From Candidatus Bathyarchaeota archaeon (GTDB taxonomy: Archaea; Thermoproteota; Bathyarchaeia; 40CM-2-53-6; RBG-13-38-9), in contig JAOZGX010000047.1 in assembly GCA_026015185.1 (NCBI GenBank), positions 3,475 through 67,474 of the forward strand: a DNA stretch of 64,000 bases, in the 5' to 3' direction. The notes below the pieces were generated by a model. That model was not told the origin of the DNA. It made no database searches and worked only from the letters and a program-made list of their open reading frames with translations. This document shows positions 29,257 through 39,773 of the stretch, in pieces. The stretch's first letter is position 1. Every line of letters starts with the position of its first letter. The translations under genes were made by a program, and so were the position numbers.

Positions 29257-31146
29257 CTAATTACCGTTTATCAATCTACCGTTGTTCTGGAGTTTTTCTT
29301 TGACTTCAGTTAGGTTAAGTTTCTCCAAATTACCAGTAGTCTGCCAACCAGTTTTAACATCCCATCCATGTAAACTATAATATTCATCAAGCATCCTATC
29401 GTAGGATACCTTATCTATTATGCAATCCTTTTTTGGCCCTGAGCGAATTGGTTCTTGCATAAATCTGGCAGGAGGATAATCATCTGAACGTTTAAAACCT
29501 GCATGTATCGTATTGAAAGCTTTTTCAACATTACGAACTCTTTGACCAACTAATATTAACTCACTCGTACTCAATGATACTCCTGTAGCTTTGGAGAATA
29601 AGGACGAAATATCCTCTGGTCCCAGCAAATCGCTATTGCTCCATACAGTCGCAAAATAGCAAATTCCCATCATATCTACAATTGCTTTGAATCTCTCAAA
29701 CCAAAAAACCTTTTCTGCTTTAGAATTTGGTGATGTAGGATCCCCTGCACCTGGGGTTTTATGAGATTGAAAAGCACCATCTAGATGGCCTCCACCTCTT
29801 GCAGCTGTTGAACACCCTAAAGCCCATCCTAGATCTGATCTCATTGCTTCAATCGAATCCTGTCCTTTAATATGCGAAATATAATTCTCAGATCCCTTGC
29901 CAATAATTTCGGATGCACGCTTTGAACCTTCAGCGAGAATTTTGCCAAAACCTTCCTTTTTGGCAATTTTGTTAAGCAATTCAGTTACTACTTCTGTATT
30001 TCCCCATTCTAACCTTAGACCGTTGGTATCATCTGTTCCAATTATACCTTTTTCAAATAGCTCAAAAGCCCATGATATTGGGGCTGAAGAGTTGTCAATA
30101 TCCAATCCGAGTTCAGTGCACAAAGCGTTTATTCTTATCAATGCCTCAGGATCATCGATGTCCAGTTTTCCAGTAAAGTCCCAATCCACATTTAATTGAA
30201 ATCCTTCGCTATGAAGCTTTTGATTATCTCCATATTCAATTCTGTATAAGTGGCTACAGTAGATAGGACAATTAAAACAAGCTAGCTTTCTTATCTCATA
30301 TTTTTCGTTCAATAGATCTTGCTTTACTTTTTCAGCTTTTTCTAAACTCAAAAAATCATCTTGAAAGTTTCTAACTCCCAAAAATCCAAGTTCGTTTGAA
30401 GCTGAAAGAAATGCTCTAGTCCCAAAAGTCCTTCTCATCTCAGTAGACTTGTTCTGATCAATTTTATACCAGACTCTATTGACTTCACTCATGAACTTTT
30501 CTGGTTCGGCTAATTCCACACCGCCTGTTCCTCTTATAGCTATGGCTTTGAGCTTCTTTGATCCCATTATTGCACCGATTCCACCTCGTCCTGCAGCACG
30601 ACCTCGGTCAGCAATTATACAAGCTGGTTTTGCCAGATTTTCACCAGCTATTCCAATTGAAGCCACTCTTAAATTTTTATCAGCCAGATCTTTTCTCAAT
30701 ATTTGTTCTGTTTCCCAAGTATTTTTTCCCCATAGATGCTTTGCATCCCTTATTTCAGCTTCTTCATCTTTGATTAAAATATACTTAGGACTCTTGGAGG
30801 CTCCCTCTATAATTATGAAATCAAAACCAGCGAATTTTAATTCTGGACCTATATGTCCACCACAATTAGACGATAACACCCCTCCTGTATACAGATTTTT
30901 TGTATCTATACTGGTTCTGCAAGAGGCAGGAGCCATTGTTCCAGTGAGTGGACCTGTACTAACAATCAATAAATTTTCAGGATGAAGGGGTGGAATTTTT
31001 GAACGCAAATGCCTGAAAAGCATCCACTGACCAACTCCTCTCCCACCAATATATTCCTTATTGATACTAGTAGAGGAATTGGTTTTTGTCTCGTTTTTGG
31101 TTAAATCTATTCTTAGAAATTTACCTATCCATCCATTGACTGCCAA
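29257..31146 (-). CDS. Aldehyde:ferredoxin oxidoreductase family (W/Mo)
   Basis: 'YIGGRG', 'GPLTGT', 'RAAGRGG.GA.MGSK.LKAI', 'CFNCP..C', 'LDEYY..HGWD'. Confidence 0.93.
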   Translation of the reverse strand: MAVNGWIGKFLRIDLTKNETKTNSSTSINKEYIGGRGVGQWMLFRHLRSKIPPLHPENLLIVSTGPLTGTMAPASCRTSIDTKNLYTGGVLSSNCGGHIGPELKFAGFDFIIIEGASKSPKYILIKDEEAEIRDAKHLWGKNTWETEQILRKDLADKNLRVASIGIAGENLAKPACIIADRGRAAGRGGIGAIMGSKKLKAIAIRGTGGVELAEPEKFMSEVNRVWYKIDQNKSTEMRRTFGTRAFLSASNELGFLGVRNFQDDFLSLEKAEKVKQDLLNEKYEIRKLACFNCPIYCSHLYRIEYGDNQKLHSEGFQLNVDWDFTGKLDIDDPEALIRINALCTELGLDIDNSSAPISWAFELFEKGIIGTDDTNGLRLEWGNTEVVTELLNKIAKKEGFGKILAEGSKRASEIIGKGSENYISHIKGQDSIEAMRSDLGWALGCSTAARGGGHLDGAFQSHKTPGAGDPTSPNSKAEKVFWFERFKAIVDMMGICYFATVWSNSDLLGPEDISSLFSKATGVSLSTSELILVGQRVRNVEKAFNTIHAGFKRSDDYPPARFMQEPIRSGPKKDCIIDKVSYDRMLDEYYSLHGWDVKTGWQTTGNLEKLNLTEVKEKLQNNGRLINGN

Positions 31147-31157
31147 ATTTCCTCTCC

Positions 31158-31403
31158 TTATTCATTTTGCAAAACAAGAGCGCCGGCTGAGCAGTATTTA
31201 ATGCATAGAGGCTCATCTTTTCCTTTGCAAAGATTGCATTCATTATTTATTGAAATATCCATACCATTAGATTCCACATCAAAATAGACTTTGATTAGGG
31301 ATTTGCTTGGTTGATGGATTCCCAGTTTACCATATGAGCAAGCTATTTCACAAGATCTACAGCCAGTACAGACATCTTCCCTTATAGAGATTCTTTTTAT
31401 CAA
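31158..31403 (-). CDS. 4Fe-4S dicluster ferredoxin-like subunit associated with AOR
   Basis: 'CTGCRSCEIAC' and 'CNLC....PLC..YC'. Confidence 0.88.
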   Translation of the reverse strand: MIKRISIREDVCTGCRSCEIACSYGKLGIHQPSKSLIKVYFDVESNGMDISINNECNLCKGKDEPLCIKYCSAGALVLQNE

Positions 31404-31546
31404 ATTCAGCCCTCTCTTTTTTTTAGTATGAGCTAATAATTAAAGCGGTCATAGGTAATATTTTGATATGAGGGAGCACTATTTCTTTTTTTTATAATAT
31501 TTATATCTGTATTGAATTATAAGATTGAATAAACATTCCAACTTGG

Positions 31547-33097
31547 TTGATTTTAATGAGAATTATGAATAAGCTTATGAAAAAGGAATTTATCATAATA
31601 ACGTTTCTTATTCTATCATTAACCTTAATCATTGATTTCAAAGAGCTTAATGCACAACCGCCCTTACTAGTCTATGTTTCTACAAATAAAGCTGCATATT
31701 CTCCAGGTGAAGATGTCGTATTAAAAGTAGAGGTTAGGGAGACAGATGGAGTTACTAGAGTTTCAGGAGCTGATGTATGGATTGGTTTAGTTCCGCCACC
31801 TGGTCCTGCTATTGCTTTTCCTGCAGCAGAAATTGGAATTCAACCTGGTGATTATTTTTACACTTACAGTCTATCACCTAGTGAAGCATCAGGAACCTGG
31901 AGCGTCTCTGCTCAAGCCTCAAAAATGGGCTTTTCAGATGGAAGTGACTCAACCTCTTTTCAAGTTGTCGGCGGCGGTCCACCGACATATGTAACAGACT
32001 GGAAGATTTATGGTCCGGGAGTCTCACCACCTAATCCAACTACTGAGGACTTTGTAAAATGTTTCGCTTGGATCGAGATAAAAAGCACGATAAATCCATT
32101 GCCACAACAAGTGGATGTAATATGTATAGTTGATGGAATGCCTGTAGGGGGCGGTTCAATAGAGATAAATTCCATAAACGCTTGGCAAGTTTATACCCCG
32201 GTTAAGAAATATTCACCAGGCCTACACACAGGTACTTGGATCGTTGATCCTGATATGAAAGCGGATAATACTGATAGATCAGATAATGAAGTAAATTTCC
32301 AATTTACTGTAGCACCACCTGCACCTGGATTCGACTTTACATTTACTACTTCCACTCATAGCCAAACTGTACCAGCTGGGGAAAATGCATTATATGTAAT
32401 CACTGCAGAACATATTAGCGGACCTCCAGAGTCCATAAATCTACATGCTGAGGGAATTCCACCAGGTGCTTCGCATACACTAATACCAAATGCGGGAACC
32501 CCAACCTTTAGCACTACTTTAACTATTCAAACTACCGAACATGTATCCATAGGGACTTTTCCTATAACTATCATAGGTGAAGGAGCAGGAGTATCAAAAA
32601 CCTTAAGCGTTACACTGATTATTGAAAGCTCTGAAGAATCTGATTTTGAATTATCTGTTGTTCCAACAGAGCAATCAGCTACACATCAACAATCGATCAA
32701 CTTCATGGTCTCTGTAATTGGACAAGGTGGTTTTAATTCCGAAGTGAATTTAGCAGTTTCTGGAGTCCCATCAGGAATTCAAACTTCATTTACTCCCACA
32801 AGTGGAGTGACAGATCTATCATCTACTCTAAGACTGGATATAACAAAAGCAGTTGAACCTGGAGTCTATGCGTTGACGATATATGCATCTGGTGGTGGTA
32901 TAACTAAATCAACTATGATAGAACTTGAGGTTCAGAAAGCGCCTTTAACTGAAACTCCCCCTTCAATAACTCCAACTGATGGAGTATCATCGATTTGGAA
33001 TTTACTAGCCGGACAAAACTATCTGATAATACTTCTAATGGCTGTGATTATAATCCTAGCAGTAGCTTTACTTTTGAAGGGTCGCAAACAAGAATAA
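31547..33097 (+). CDS. Secreted, membrane-anchored surface protein with tandem Ig-like/CARDB-like beta domains
   Basis: N-terminal signal-like segment; 'VSTNK..YSPGE.V', 'VDPD.....DRSDN', two 'DF.....Q' repeats; C-terminal TM followed by basic residues; exact start uncertain. Confidence 0.7.
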   Translation: MILMRIMNKLMKKEFIIITFLILSLTLIIDFKELNAQPPLLVYVSTNKAAYSPGEDVVLKVEVRETDGVTRVSGADVWIGLVPPPGPAIAFPAAEIGIQPGDYFYTYSLSPSEASGTWSVSAQASKMGFSDGSDSTSFQVVGGGPPTYVTDWKIYGPGVSPPNPTTEDFVKCFAWIEIKSTINPLPQQVDVICIVDGMPVGGGSIEINSINAWQVYTPVKKYSPGLHTGTWIVDPDMKADNTDRSDNEVNFQFTVAPPAPGFDFTFTTSTHSQTVPAGENALYVITAEHISGPPESINLHAEGIPPGASHTLIPNAGTPTFSTTLTIQTTEHVSIGTFPITIIGEGAGVSKTLSVTLIIESSEESDFELSVVPTEQSATHQQSINFMVSVIGQGGFNSEVNLAVSGVPSGIQTSFTPTSGVTDLSSTLRLDITKAVEPGVYALTIYASGGGITKSTMIELEVQKAPLTETPPSITPTDGVSSIWNLLAGQNYLIILLMAVIIILAVALLLKGRKQE

Positions 33098-33186
33098 ATA
33101 CGAATTACAAGTTAATCTGGTGGATAAATCAACAATTAGATATTAACTACCTGACATAACTCCAATATTTTTTATTTTACAGATTC

Positions 33187-34593
33187 TTAATTTGAGCTAT
33201 TTTCAGGTAAGACTTTACCAGGATTGAGTATGTTTTTTGGATCGAATATTTTTTTGATTGCCTTCATAAGTTCTATCTCTTCTTGACTTAAGCTGTAATG
33301 GAGATCATTAATCTTCTGGATTCCAATACCGTGTTCTGCCGTTATCGCACCGTTTAAACTCCTTCCAGCTTCAAAAATTTCTTTTTTAATCTGTTCATAT
33401 TTTTGCCTCCAATCATCGCCAAGACCTTTTTTCATTATGTGCACGTGCACATTTCCATCACCAGCATGTCCATAAACTGGAAGATTTACCTTGTTTTTTG
33501 AGGAGGTAATTTTAACTTTCTCTACAAATTCAGCTATTTTGCTAGGAGGAACAGCAACATCAAACAGATCTATCATCTCTGGCTTTAATCCTTCATATAG
33601 ATTGCTTCTGATTCGCATTATCACGTCCTGTTCTTTTTTCTTGTCAGCAAGCAATACATCCTTTGCTCCATTCTCTTCTCCGACTGCAGCTATTTTTTCG
33701 CATACTGAATAAAGCTCATCTTTTTCATTCCCTACAACTACAACCATCAAAAAAGCTTGGCCTTTGGCAGGCCAGACCTCCCCTAACATTTTCTCAGTAG
33801 GGGTTATACCCTCTCTCTCAACATATTCCAACCCCAGTGGTATTTCACCAGTTCTTAGAAGTTTGGGCACAGTTGATATTGCACTATTAACATCCTCATA
33901 TTCCATAAGTAGAATCATCATTTCTTTTGGTTTGGGAAGTAGCCTTAAGGTCACTTTTGTAAATATTGCAAGAGTTCCCTCACTTCCTATCAGAAGCTGA
34001 AGGAGGTTATAACCAGTATTATCTTTGAGTAATTTTCCTGATAGATTGACTATTTTTCCTGTAGGTAACACAACTTCAGCGCCTTTAACAAAATTCCTCA
34101 TAACTCCATATTTGACCGTCCTCACTCCTCCAGCGTTAGTTGCGATAGCGGCACCTATATGTGCGCTCTCATCACCAGGATGAGGGGGGAAGAATAGATC
34201 TATATCTTCTAACGCTTCATAGATCTTCATAAGTGGAACCCCAGATTCTACAGTCATCATCAGATCATTTTCATCGATCTCAATGATCTTATCCAATCTA
34301 TCCAAGCTAAGAACAATTCCACCCTTTATTGGAACTGCTCCTCCACTAAGCCCTGTACCAGCTCCTCTAGGAGTAACAGGGACAAGGTTCTCATAAGCCA
34401 GCTTGAGTACTTTTGCAACTTCTTCGCTGTTTCCAGGCTTCAATACTATATCTGGCATTTGGGTTATTGCAACGTATGTAGCGGTTTCATCATGTGAAAA
34501 ATCTTCTAATTCCGAGCCTTTTTCAATAATATTCTCTTTACCTACAATTTGTCTGAGATTTTCAAGTAGTTTGGGAGTTATCTTGCCATACAA
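33187..34593 (-). CDS. FAD-linked oxidase, D-lactate/glycolate dehydrogenase (GlcD/LctD-like)
   Basis: 'TPRGAGTGLSGGA', 'TNAGG..VKYG', 'GSEGTL', 'GHAGDGNVH', 'AEHGIG', 'ILNPGK'. Confidence 0.92.
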   Translation of the reverse strand: MYGKITPKLLENLRQIVGKENIIEKGSELEDFSHDETATYVAITQMPDIVLKPGNSEEVAKVLKLAYENLVPVTPRGAGTGLSGGAVPIKGGIVLSLDRLDKIIEIDENDLMMTVESGVPLMKIYEALEDIDLFFPPHPGDESAHIGAAIATNAGGVRTVKYGVMRNFVKGAEVVLPTGKIVNLSGKLLKDNTGYNLLQLLIGSEGTLAIFTKVTLRLLPKPKEMMILLMEYEDVNSAISTVPKLLRTGEIPLGLEYVEREGITPTEKMLGEVWPAKGQAFLMVVVVGNEKDELYSVCEKIAAVGEENGAKDVLLADKKKEQDVIMRIRSNLYEGLKPEMIDLFDVAVPPSKIAEFVEKVKITSSKNKVNLPVYGHAGDGNVHVHIMKKGLGDDWRQKYEQIKKEIFEAGRSLNGAITAEHGIGIQKINDLHYSLSQEEIELMKAIKKIFDPKNILNPGKVLPENSSN

Positions 34594-34851
34594 GTCGCAA
34601 CCAACACCTCAATTGACTTATACGTAATGCAGAAAGTTAGATTTTAAGGATTCTTTCTCTTATATAGATCGCTTGCTTGAATGTTTATAAATAATCTAGC
34701 TGACAGTGATAGTTATGTTGAACGGAGAACTCGTTAAAAGTATTACCTCTGATGGAATTGAAGCGCCCGCGCTTTCAAAAATAATATACTCTTAGATTAA
34801 TCAGCTAATTCTATAAAGAATAGAACTTATGCTTGCCAAGTTGTGCTGACT

Positions 34852-35637
34852 ATGGATATTATTGTTTGTATAAAACAAGTACCGGAAACTACAGAAGTAA
34901 AGATCGATCCTGAAACAAAGACTTTGGTCAGAGAAGGTGTCCCATCAGAAATCAATCTTTTAGATTTGCATGCGATAGAAGAGAGCCTTAGAATTCGAGA
35001 AAAATTTGGTGGCAAAGTTATTGTAATAAGTATGGGTCCACCTCAAGCAGAGGAGGCCATTAGGGATGCTTTGGCAATGGGTTGTGATGATGGATTATTG
35101 ATTAGCGATAATGCTTTTGCTGGTTCTGACACCCTAGCAACATGGTATGCATTAGCACTAGGAATAAAAAAGATTGGTTATTATGATTTGGTCATATGTG
35201 GAATGAAAACTACTGATGGTGATACTGGTCAAGTTGGCCCTGGATTAGCCCAAGGACTTGGGATAGCCCACGTTGCTTATGTCAGCAAAATTGAGGAGAT
35301 ATCTGAAAGCCACATAGTTGTAAATAAGATGGTTGAGGATGGTACTGAAGTTATAAAATGTCCATTGCCTTGCCTTTTAACTGTGTTGAAAGGGATAAAC
35401 GAACCAAGACTTCCTTCTTTAAAATTGAAGATTAAAGCAAGAAAATTTCCAATAAAGACTTGGGGTCCAAAAGAACTTAGCGGAGAGTTATCCAGATATG
35501 GTTTAGATGGATCACCTACCCAGGTTGTGGAAGTTTTCAATCCTGAACCTCCTGAGAAAGGGGAGATGATTAGTGGGACACCGCAAGTTCAAGCAGATAA
35601 ACTCTTCAACAAATTAAAAAGCCTTAAGATTTTATAG
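34852..35637 (+). CDS. etfB: Electron transfer flavoprotein beta subunit
   Basis: 'VCIKQVP', 'SMGPPQA', 'GSDTLAT', 'DGDTGQVGP', 'GLDGSPT.V'. Confidence 0.94.
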   Translation: MDIIVCIKQVPETTEVKIDPETKTLVREGVPSEINLLDLHAIEESLRIREKFGGKVIVISMGPPQAEEAIRDALAMGCDDGLLISDNAFAGSDTLATWYALALGIKKIGYYDLVICGMKTTDGDTGQVGPGLAQGLGIAHVAYVSKIEEISESHIVVNKMVEDGTEVIKCPLPCLLTVLKGINEPRLPSLKLKIKARKFPIKTWGPKELSGELSRYGLDGSPTQVVEVFNPEPPEKGEMISGTPQVQADKLFNKLKSLKIL

Positions 35638-35648
35638 AGTGGTCTATA

Positions 35649-36836
35649 TTGGCGGAGATCAAGCTAAACAAAAACAAGTGCAATAAATGTAAAATCTGCG
35701 TTGATGCCTGTCCATTTGGTTGTGTCATCTTAGATGACCAATATCCTAGATTCGTAGATTGTCGGTTTTGTGGAATATGTGTTACTAGATGCCCAACTAA
35801 TGCAATTACAATATTTAAGAAAGAAGAAGTCAGTGCCGATTTAACTTCATATAAAGGGATTATGATATTCGCTGAACAAAGACACGGGAAGATCTCTCCA
35901 GTGGTCTATGAGCTCATAGGAAAAGGTGCTGAGCTTGCAAAAAAACTAGGTGAGCCCTTAAAAGCTGTGTTTTTAGGTAATGAGATTATGGATGAAGCGG
36001 AAGAATTAATTCGATATGGAGTAGAAGAAGTATACTTGTATCAAAACCCAAAATTAGAAGTTTTCAAGGATGATTCATATAGTCAAATAATTTCTGATCT
36101 AGTTCAAGAAGTAAAACCAAGCATAGTATTGATGGGGGCAACATCGATTGGAAGATCCCTTGCGCCGAGGATTTCAGCAATATTAAGAACAGGATTAACA
36201 GCGGATTGTACTGGACTCGAGATTGATGAAGATGGTAATCTAATTCAGATTAGACCTGCTTTTGGTGGAAATGTGATGGCAAAAATACTGTGTACTAACA
36301 ATCGACCTCAGATGGCCACCGTAAGATACAAAGTCATGAAAAAGGCTGAGCTAAAACCGTCTTCAAAAGGAAATGTAAAGGAGATGGTTTTTGATATAGG
36401 GAACATCATAAACAGAACAGAAGTTATTGATTTCAAGAAAATGGATAGCAGAGTTTCCATTGTTGAAGCCGATATTATAGTTTCTGGTGGTAAAGGTTTA
36501 GGTGGGCCCGATGGATTTGAATCGCTAAGAGAATTAGCATCTCTTCTAGGAGGGGGTGTTGGGGCAAGTAGATCGGCTGTTGATGAAGGTTGGATTGATT
36601 ATTCGCATCAGGTTGGTTTAAGTGGAAGAACTGTAAGACCGAAAATCTATATAGCATGCGGTATATCAGGTTCAGTTCAACATTTAGCTGGCATGCAAAC
36701 ATCAGAAACAATCATAGCAATCAATAATGATCCTAATGCTCCAATATTCAAAGTCGCTACATATGGAATTGTCGGGGATTTGTATGAAGTAATACCTGAG
36801 TTGATTAAAAAAATCAAAACTGCTAGAAAAGTTTAA
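35649..36836 (+). CDS. etfA: Electron transfer flavoprotein alpha subunit with N-terminal 2x[4Fe-4S] domain
   Basis: 'CNKCKICVDACP', 'CRFCGIC...CP', 'GLTADCT', 'RPAFGG', 'QVGLSG', 'GISGSVQH'. Confidence 0.94.
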   Translation: MAEIKLNKNKCNKCKICVDACPFGCVILDDQYPRFVDCRFCGICVTRCPTNAITIFKKEEVSADLTSYKGIMIFAEQRHGKISPVVYELIGKGAELAKKLGEPLKAVFLGNEIMDEAEELIRYGVEEVYLYQNPKLEVFKDDSYSQIISDLVQEVKPSIVLMGATSIGRSLAPRISAILRTGLTADCTGLEIDEDGNLIQIRPAFGGNVMAKILCTNNRPQMATVRYKVMKKAELKPSSKGNVKEMVFDIGNIINRTEVIDFKKMDSRVSIVEADIIVSGGKGLGGPDGFESLRELASLLGGGVGASRSAVDEGWIDYSHQVGLSGRTVRPKIYIACGISGSVQHLAGMQTSETIIAINNDPNAPIFKVATYGIVGDLYEVIPELIKKIKTARKV

Positions 36837-37000
36837 TTGGAATTAGCCCGCGCTTGTTTATATTAGAAAGGTATATAAACTTCAATGAAATATTTTCAAA
36901 AAATGAATCGTTTTAAACCGTTTATTCAAATGACTTAGCCATTTTAATATATATCATGAGGTAACACCATTATAGAATTTCAATCTAAGGAGACTGACCT

Positions 37001-38356
37001 TTGAGTTCTGAAGCTATAAGATCGATTTTTGAGCCAAATTCAATTGCAATAGTTGGAGCATCAAGAAACCGAGAAAAAGTTGGCTATTTAATTCTTGAAA
37101 ATTTACTTAAGAGTGGTTTTAAAGGTAAACTATATCCGATTAACCCAAAAGTCGATGAAATTCTAGGTCTAAGGACATACCCCTCAATCGGGGATGTGAT
37201 AGAAGATATTGATCTTGTGGTCATTGCTATACCAGCAACAATTGTACCAAATATATTAAAGGAATGCGGAAAGAAAGGGATTAAATCTGCCATTGTAATT
37301 TCAGGGGGTTTTCGTGAAACAGGAAAAGAAGGAGAAGAACTAGAGAAATCAATAATTAAAATCATAAATCAAACAGGAATCCGTTTAGTCGGTCCTAACT
37401 GCATTGGTGTAGACAATCCCTATATCGGTATGTCAATGTGGATCGGTGTCAAAAAGAAAGGGCCAATATCAATAGTATCTCAGAGTGGTCTCGTGGGAAC
37501 CGCTTTCCAATGCTGGGCAGAAAAGGAAGGTATCGGAATTAGCAAATGTATATCACTAGGAAACCAAGTTGACGTTAATGAAATTGACATCTCAAGATAT
37601 TTTGAAGAAGACCCCAACACAAAAACCATCGTAATGTATCTTGAGGGCACTCATAATGGAAGGAAATTCATGAGAGTGGCTTCGGAAGTATCAAAAAAGA
37701 AACCCATCATAGCTTTAAAAGGAGGTCGAACTGAAAAAGGCATCAGGGCAGCAAGATCTCACACGAGATCCCTCTCTGGAAAAAGTGAGATCTTCGAGAC
37801 AGCAATAAAGCAATCCGGTATTCTTAGTGCAAATACCCTCGAGGAACTCTATATCTATGCAAAAGCGCTATCATTTTTACCTTTACCTAAAGGTCGAAAA
37901 GTACTCATCATAACATCATCCGGAGGCGCGGGAATTATGGCTGCCGATACAGTTGATAGACTTAATTTAGAACTACCTGCCATCTCAGAGAATGTTGAAA
38001 AACGTCTTCGACAAAAATTACCTAGCTACTGTGTATTTGACAATCCATTCGATGTGACCACTACCAGAGTAGAATCATTTCAGCTAGTGATGCAGGAAAA
38101 TCTTGAAGATGAAAATATTGATGCGTTTCTACCTATCTTTGCGGATCCTCTCCCCCGTGCAGCTGAAGCTGTAAAAAGCATTACAGAAAAAACTGACAAA
38201 CCAATTGTAGTTTGTTATGTTGGTGGTGGTAAAATCGAAGACATCGAAAAAGAAAAGATGCATAAAACAGGGATTCCTGTATTTTCAACCCCTGAAAAAG
38301 CCGTAACCGCTTTGTATGCATTAGTAAGATATCATGAACTTCAAAGCGCGCACTAA
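37001..38356 (+). CDS. Acetate/acyl-CoA ligase (ADP-forming) alpha subunit
   Basis: 'SIAIVGAS', 'GPNCIG', 'SQSG', phospho-His 'ARSHT', 'SSGGAG', 'NPFD'. Confidence 0.9.
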   Translation: MSSEAIRSIFEPNSIAIVGASRNREKVGYLILENLLKSGFKGKLYPINPKVDEILGLRTYPSIGDVIEDIDLVVIAIPATIVPNILKECGKKGIKSAIVISGGFRETGKEGEELEKSIIKIINQTGIRLVGPNCIGVDNPYIGMSMWIGVKKKGPISIVSQSGLVGTAFQCWAEKEGIGISKCISLGNQVDVNEIDISRYFEEDPNTKTIVMYLEGTHNGRKFMRVASEVSKKKPIIALKGGRTEKGIRAARSHTRSLSGKSEIFETAIKQSGILSANTLEELYIYAKALSFLPLPKGRKVLIITSSGGAGIMAADTVDRLNLELPAISENVEKRLRQKLPSYCVFDNPFDVTTTRVESFQLVMQENLEDENIDAFLPIFADPLPRAAEAVKSITEKTDKPIVVCYVGGGKIEDIEKEKMHKTGIPVFSTPEKAVTALYALVRYHELQSAH

Positions 38357-39579
38357 AATTTGGATTTAATCATTTCTGATTGAATTTCCATATAATCTTT
38401 CAGATGTCTAGTAATTAGAAAATTCTTTTTTACATATTCTCTTCCTTGTAATCCTAGGACATTTGCAAGATCACGTTTCTTTAAGAGTTGAACAATTCTA
38501 TCCGCCGCTTCTCTAATATCACTAACCAGAAAGCCCGTTATGCCATCTATCACTTGAAGAGGTATTCCACCTACTTTTGTGCCTACGACTGGAGTTCCTT
38601 TCCAGAGAGCCTCAGTAACCGTTAAGCCAAAACCTTCTCTGATAGATTTCTGAATCACAACATCAGAAGCTCTTTGAAAGGAATTAACTTCTAAATCGTC
38701 AAGGTTTAATAGCATGTGCACATCTTCGACTTCCTCAGCTTTTCTTGATGTTTTTTCAAACCATTCCTGACCTTCTGGATCATCATAAGCCATGTTGCCA
38801 ATTAAAATGAGTTGAGTATCAGGTACCTTCATTTTTACTAATTTATAGGATTCAATTACGCCTAGAGGATCCTTCCAATAATCAAATCGTGATATTTGAG
38901 AAATTATTGGTTTTTCAGGGTCTATATCAAATTTCTGAAGTGTTTTATGAATAGTCTCCGGGGGCAAGGATTTGTTCTTATCTGAAAGTGGATCAATGGA
39001 TGGGGGTACCAAATATATTCTTTTTTTACTGACGTCTTTGTGGACATATTTATCTAATGAAAAAATAAGTGCGTCATATTTAGTGATGATTTGTTTGATA
39101 AAATTCCAGTAAACTAAATTTGCATTAGTTAGATCGATATGACACCGCCAAAGGATTTGTTTATTATCTTTTAACATCTCTATTATCGGTGCTGGTTGTG
39201 GGTCGTGGACGACTAGCAAATCCGAGCCCAAGTCTGTTGTATCGGCGAATTCCCTGTTGTATCTAAAGTATATATCCTTCATAGGTTCGGTTAATGGTAA
39301 ATCCATCCCCTGAAGAGCATTGTGAAAACTTTTTGTTACCTCAAAAAATTCAGGGGCCCCTTTAATAACTTGCCACCTCATATCCAATCCAATAGAGCTG
39401 GCTAAAGGAATTAAATTCTGTAAAATCTCTGCAACTCCACCACCAATCTTTGTAGAATTGATGTGAATTATAGATGTTCCCTTTAAACGCTCAGCTAATT
39501 CTACGATCCCATTTACTGAGTCTTGTCCTATAATATCGGCGTATTGCTCTATTGATTTATTTTCAGCCAACCGAACCAC
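38353..39579 (-). CDS. treT: Trehalose glycosyltransferring synthase TreT (GT4)
   Basis: 'HINST..GGGVAEIL', 'TKSFHNALQG', 'HDPQP', 'WRCHID', 'SRFD.WKDP', 'REGFGLTVTEA'. Confidence 0.9.
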   Translation of the reverse strand: MVRLAENKSIEQYADIIGQDSVNGIVELAERLKGTSIIHINSTKIGGGVAEILQNLIPLASSIGLDMRWQVIKGAPEFFEVTKSFHNALQGMDLPLTEPMKDIYFRYNREFADTTDLGSDLLVVHDPQPAPIIEMLKDNKQILWRCHIDLTNANLVYWNFIKQIITKYDALIFSLDKYVHKDVSKKRIYLVPPSIDPLSDKNKSLPPETIHKTLQKFDIDPEKPIISQISRFDYWKDPLGVIESYKLVKMKVPDTQLILIGNMAYDDPEGQEWFEKTSRKAEEVEDVHMLLNLDDLEVNSFQRASDVVIQKSIREGFGLTVTEALWKGTPVVGTKVGGIPLQVIDGITGFLVSDIREAADRIVQLLKKRDLANVLGLQGREYVKKNFLITRHLKDYMEIQSEMIKSKF

Positions 39580-39773
39580 ATTCCTCTATTTATCTAAAAT
39601 TTTCTAGGCATTATTCTCAAAGCAATTGATTTTTCAATATTGAGCGGTTTTGCCTCAATATATTTTTATTGATTTCAAAAGAAGCTTAATCAAGGGTCCA
39701 TGGAAATTCATATAACAATTATCATCTTATTATTCCATAGATGACTTAATGGTTGCTAAATTAGGTTAATAAT

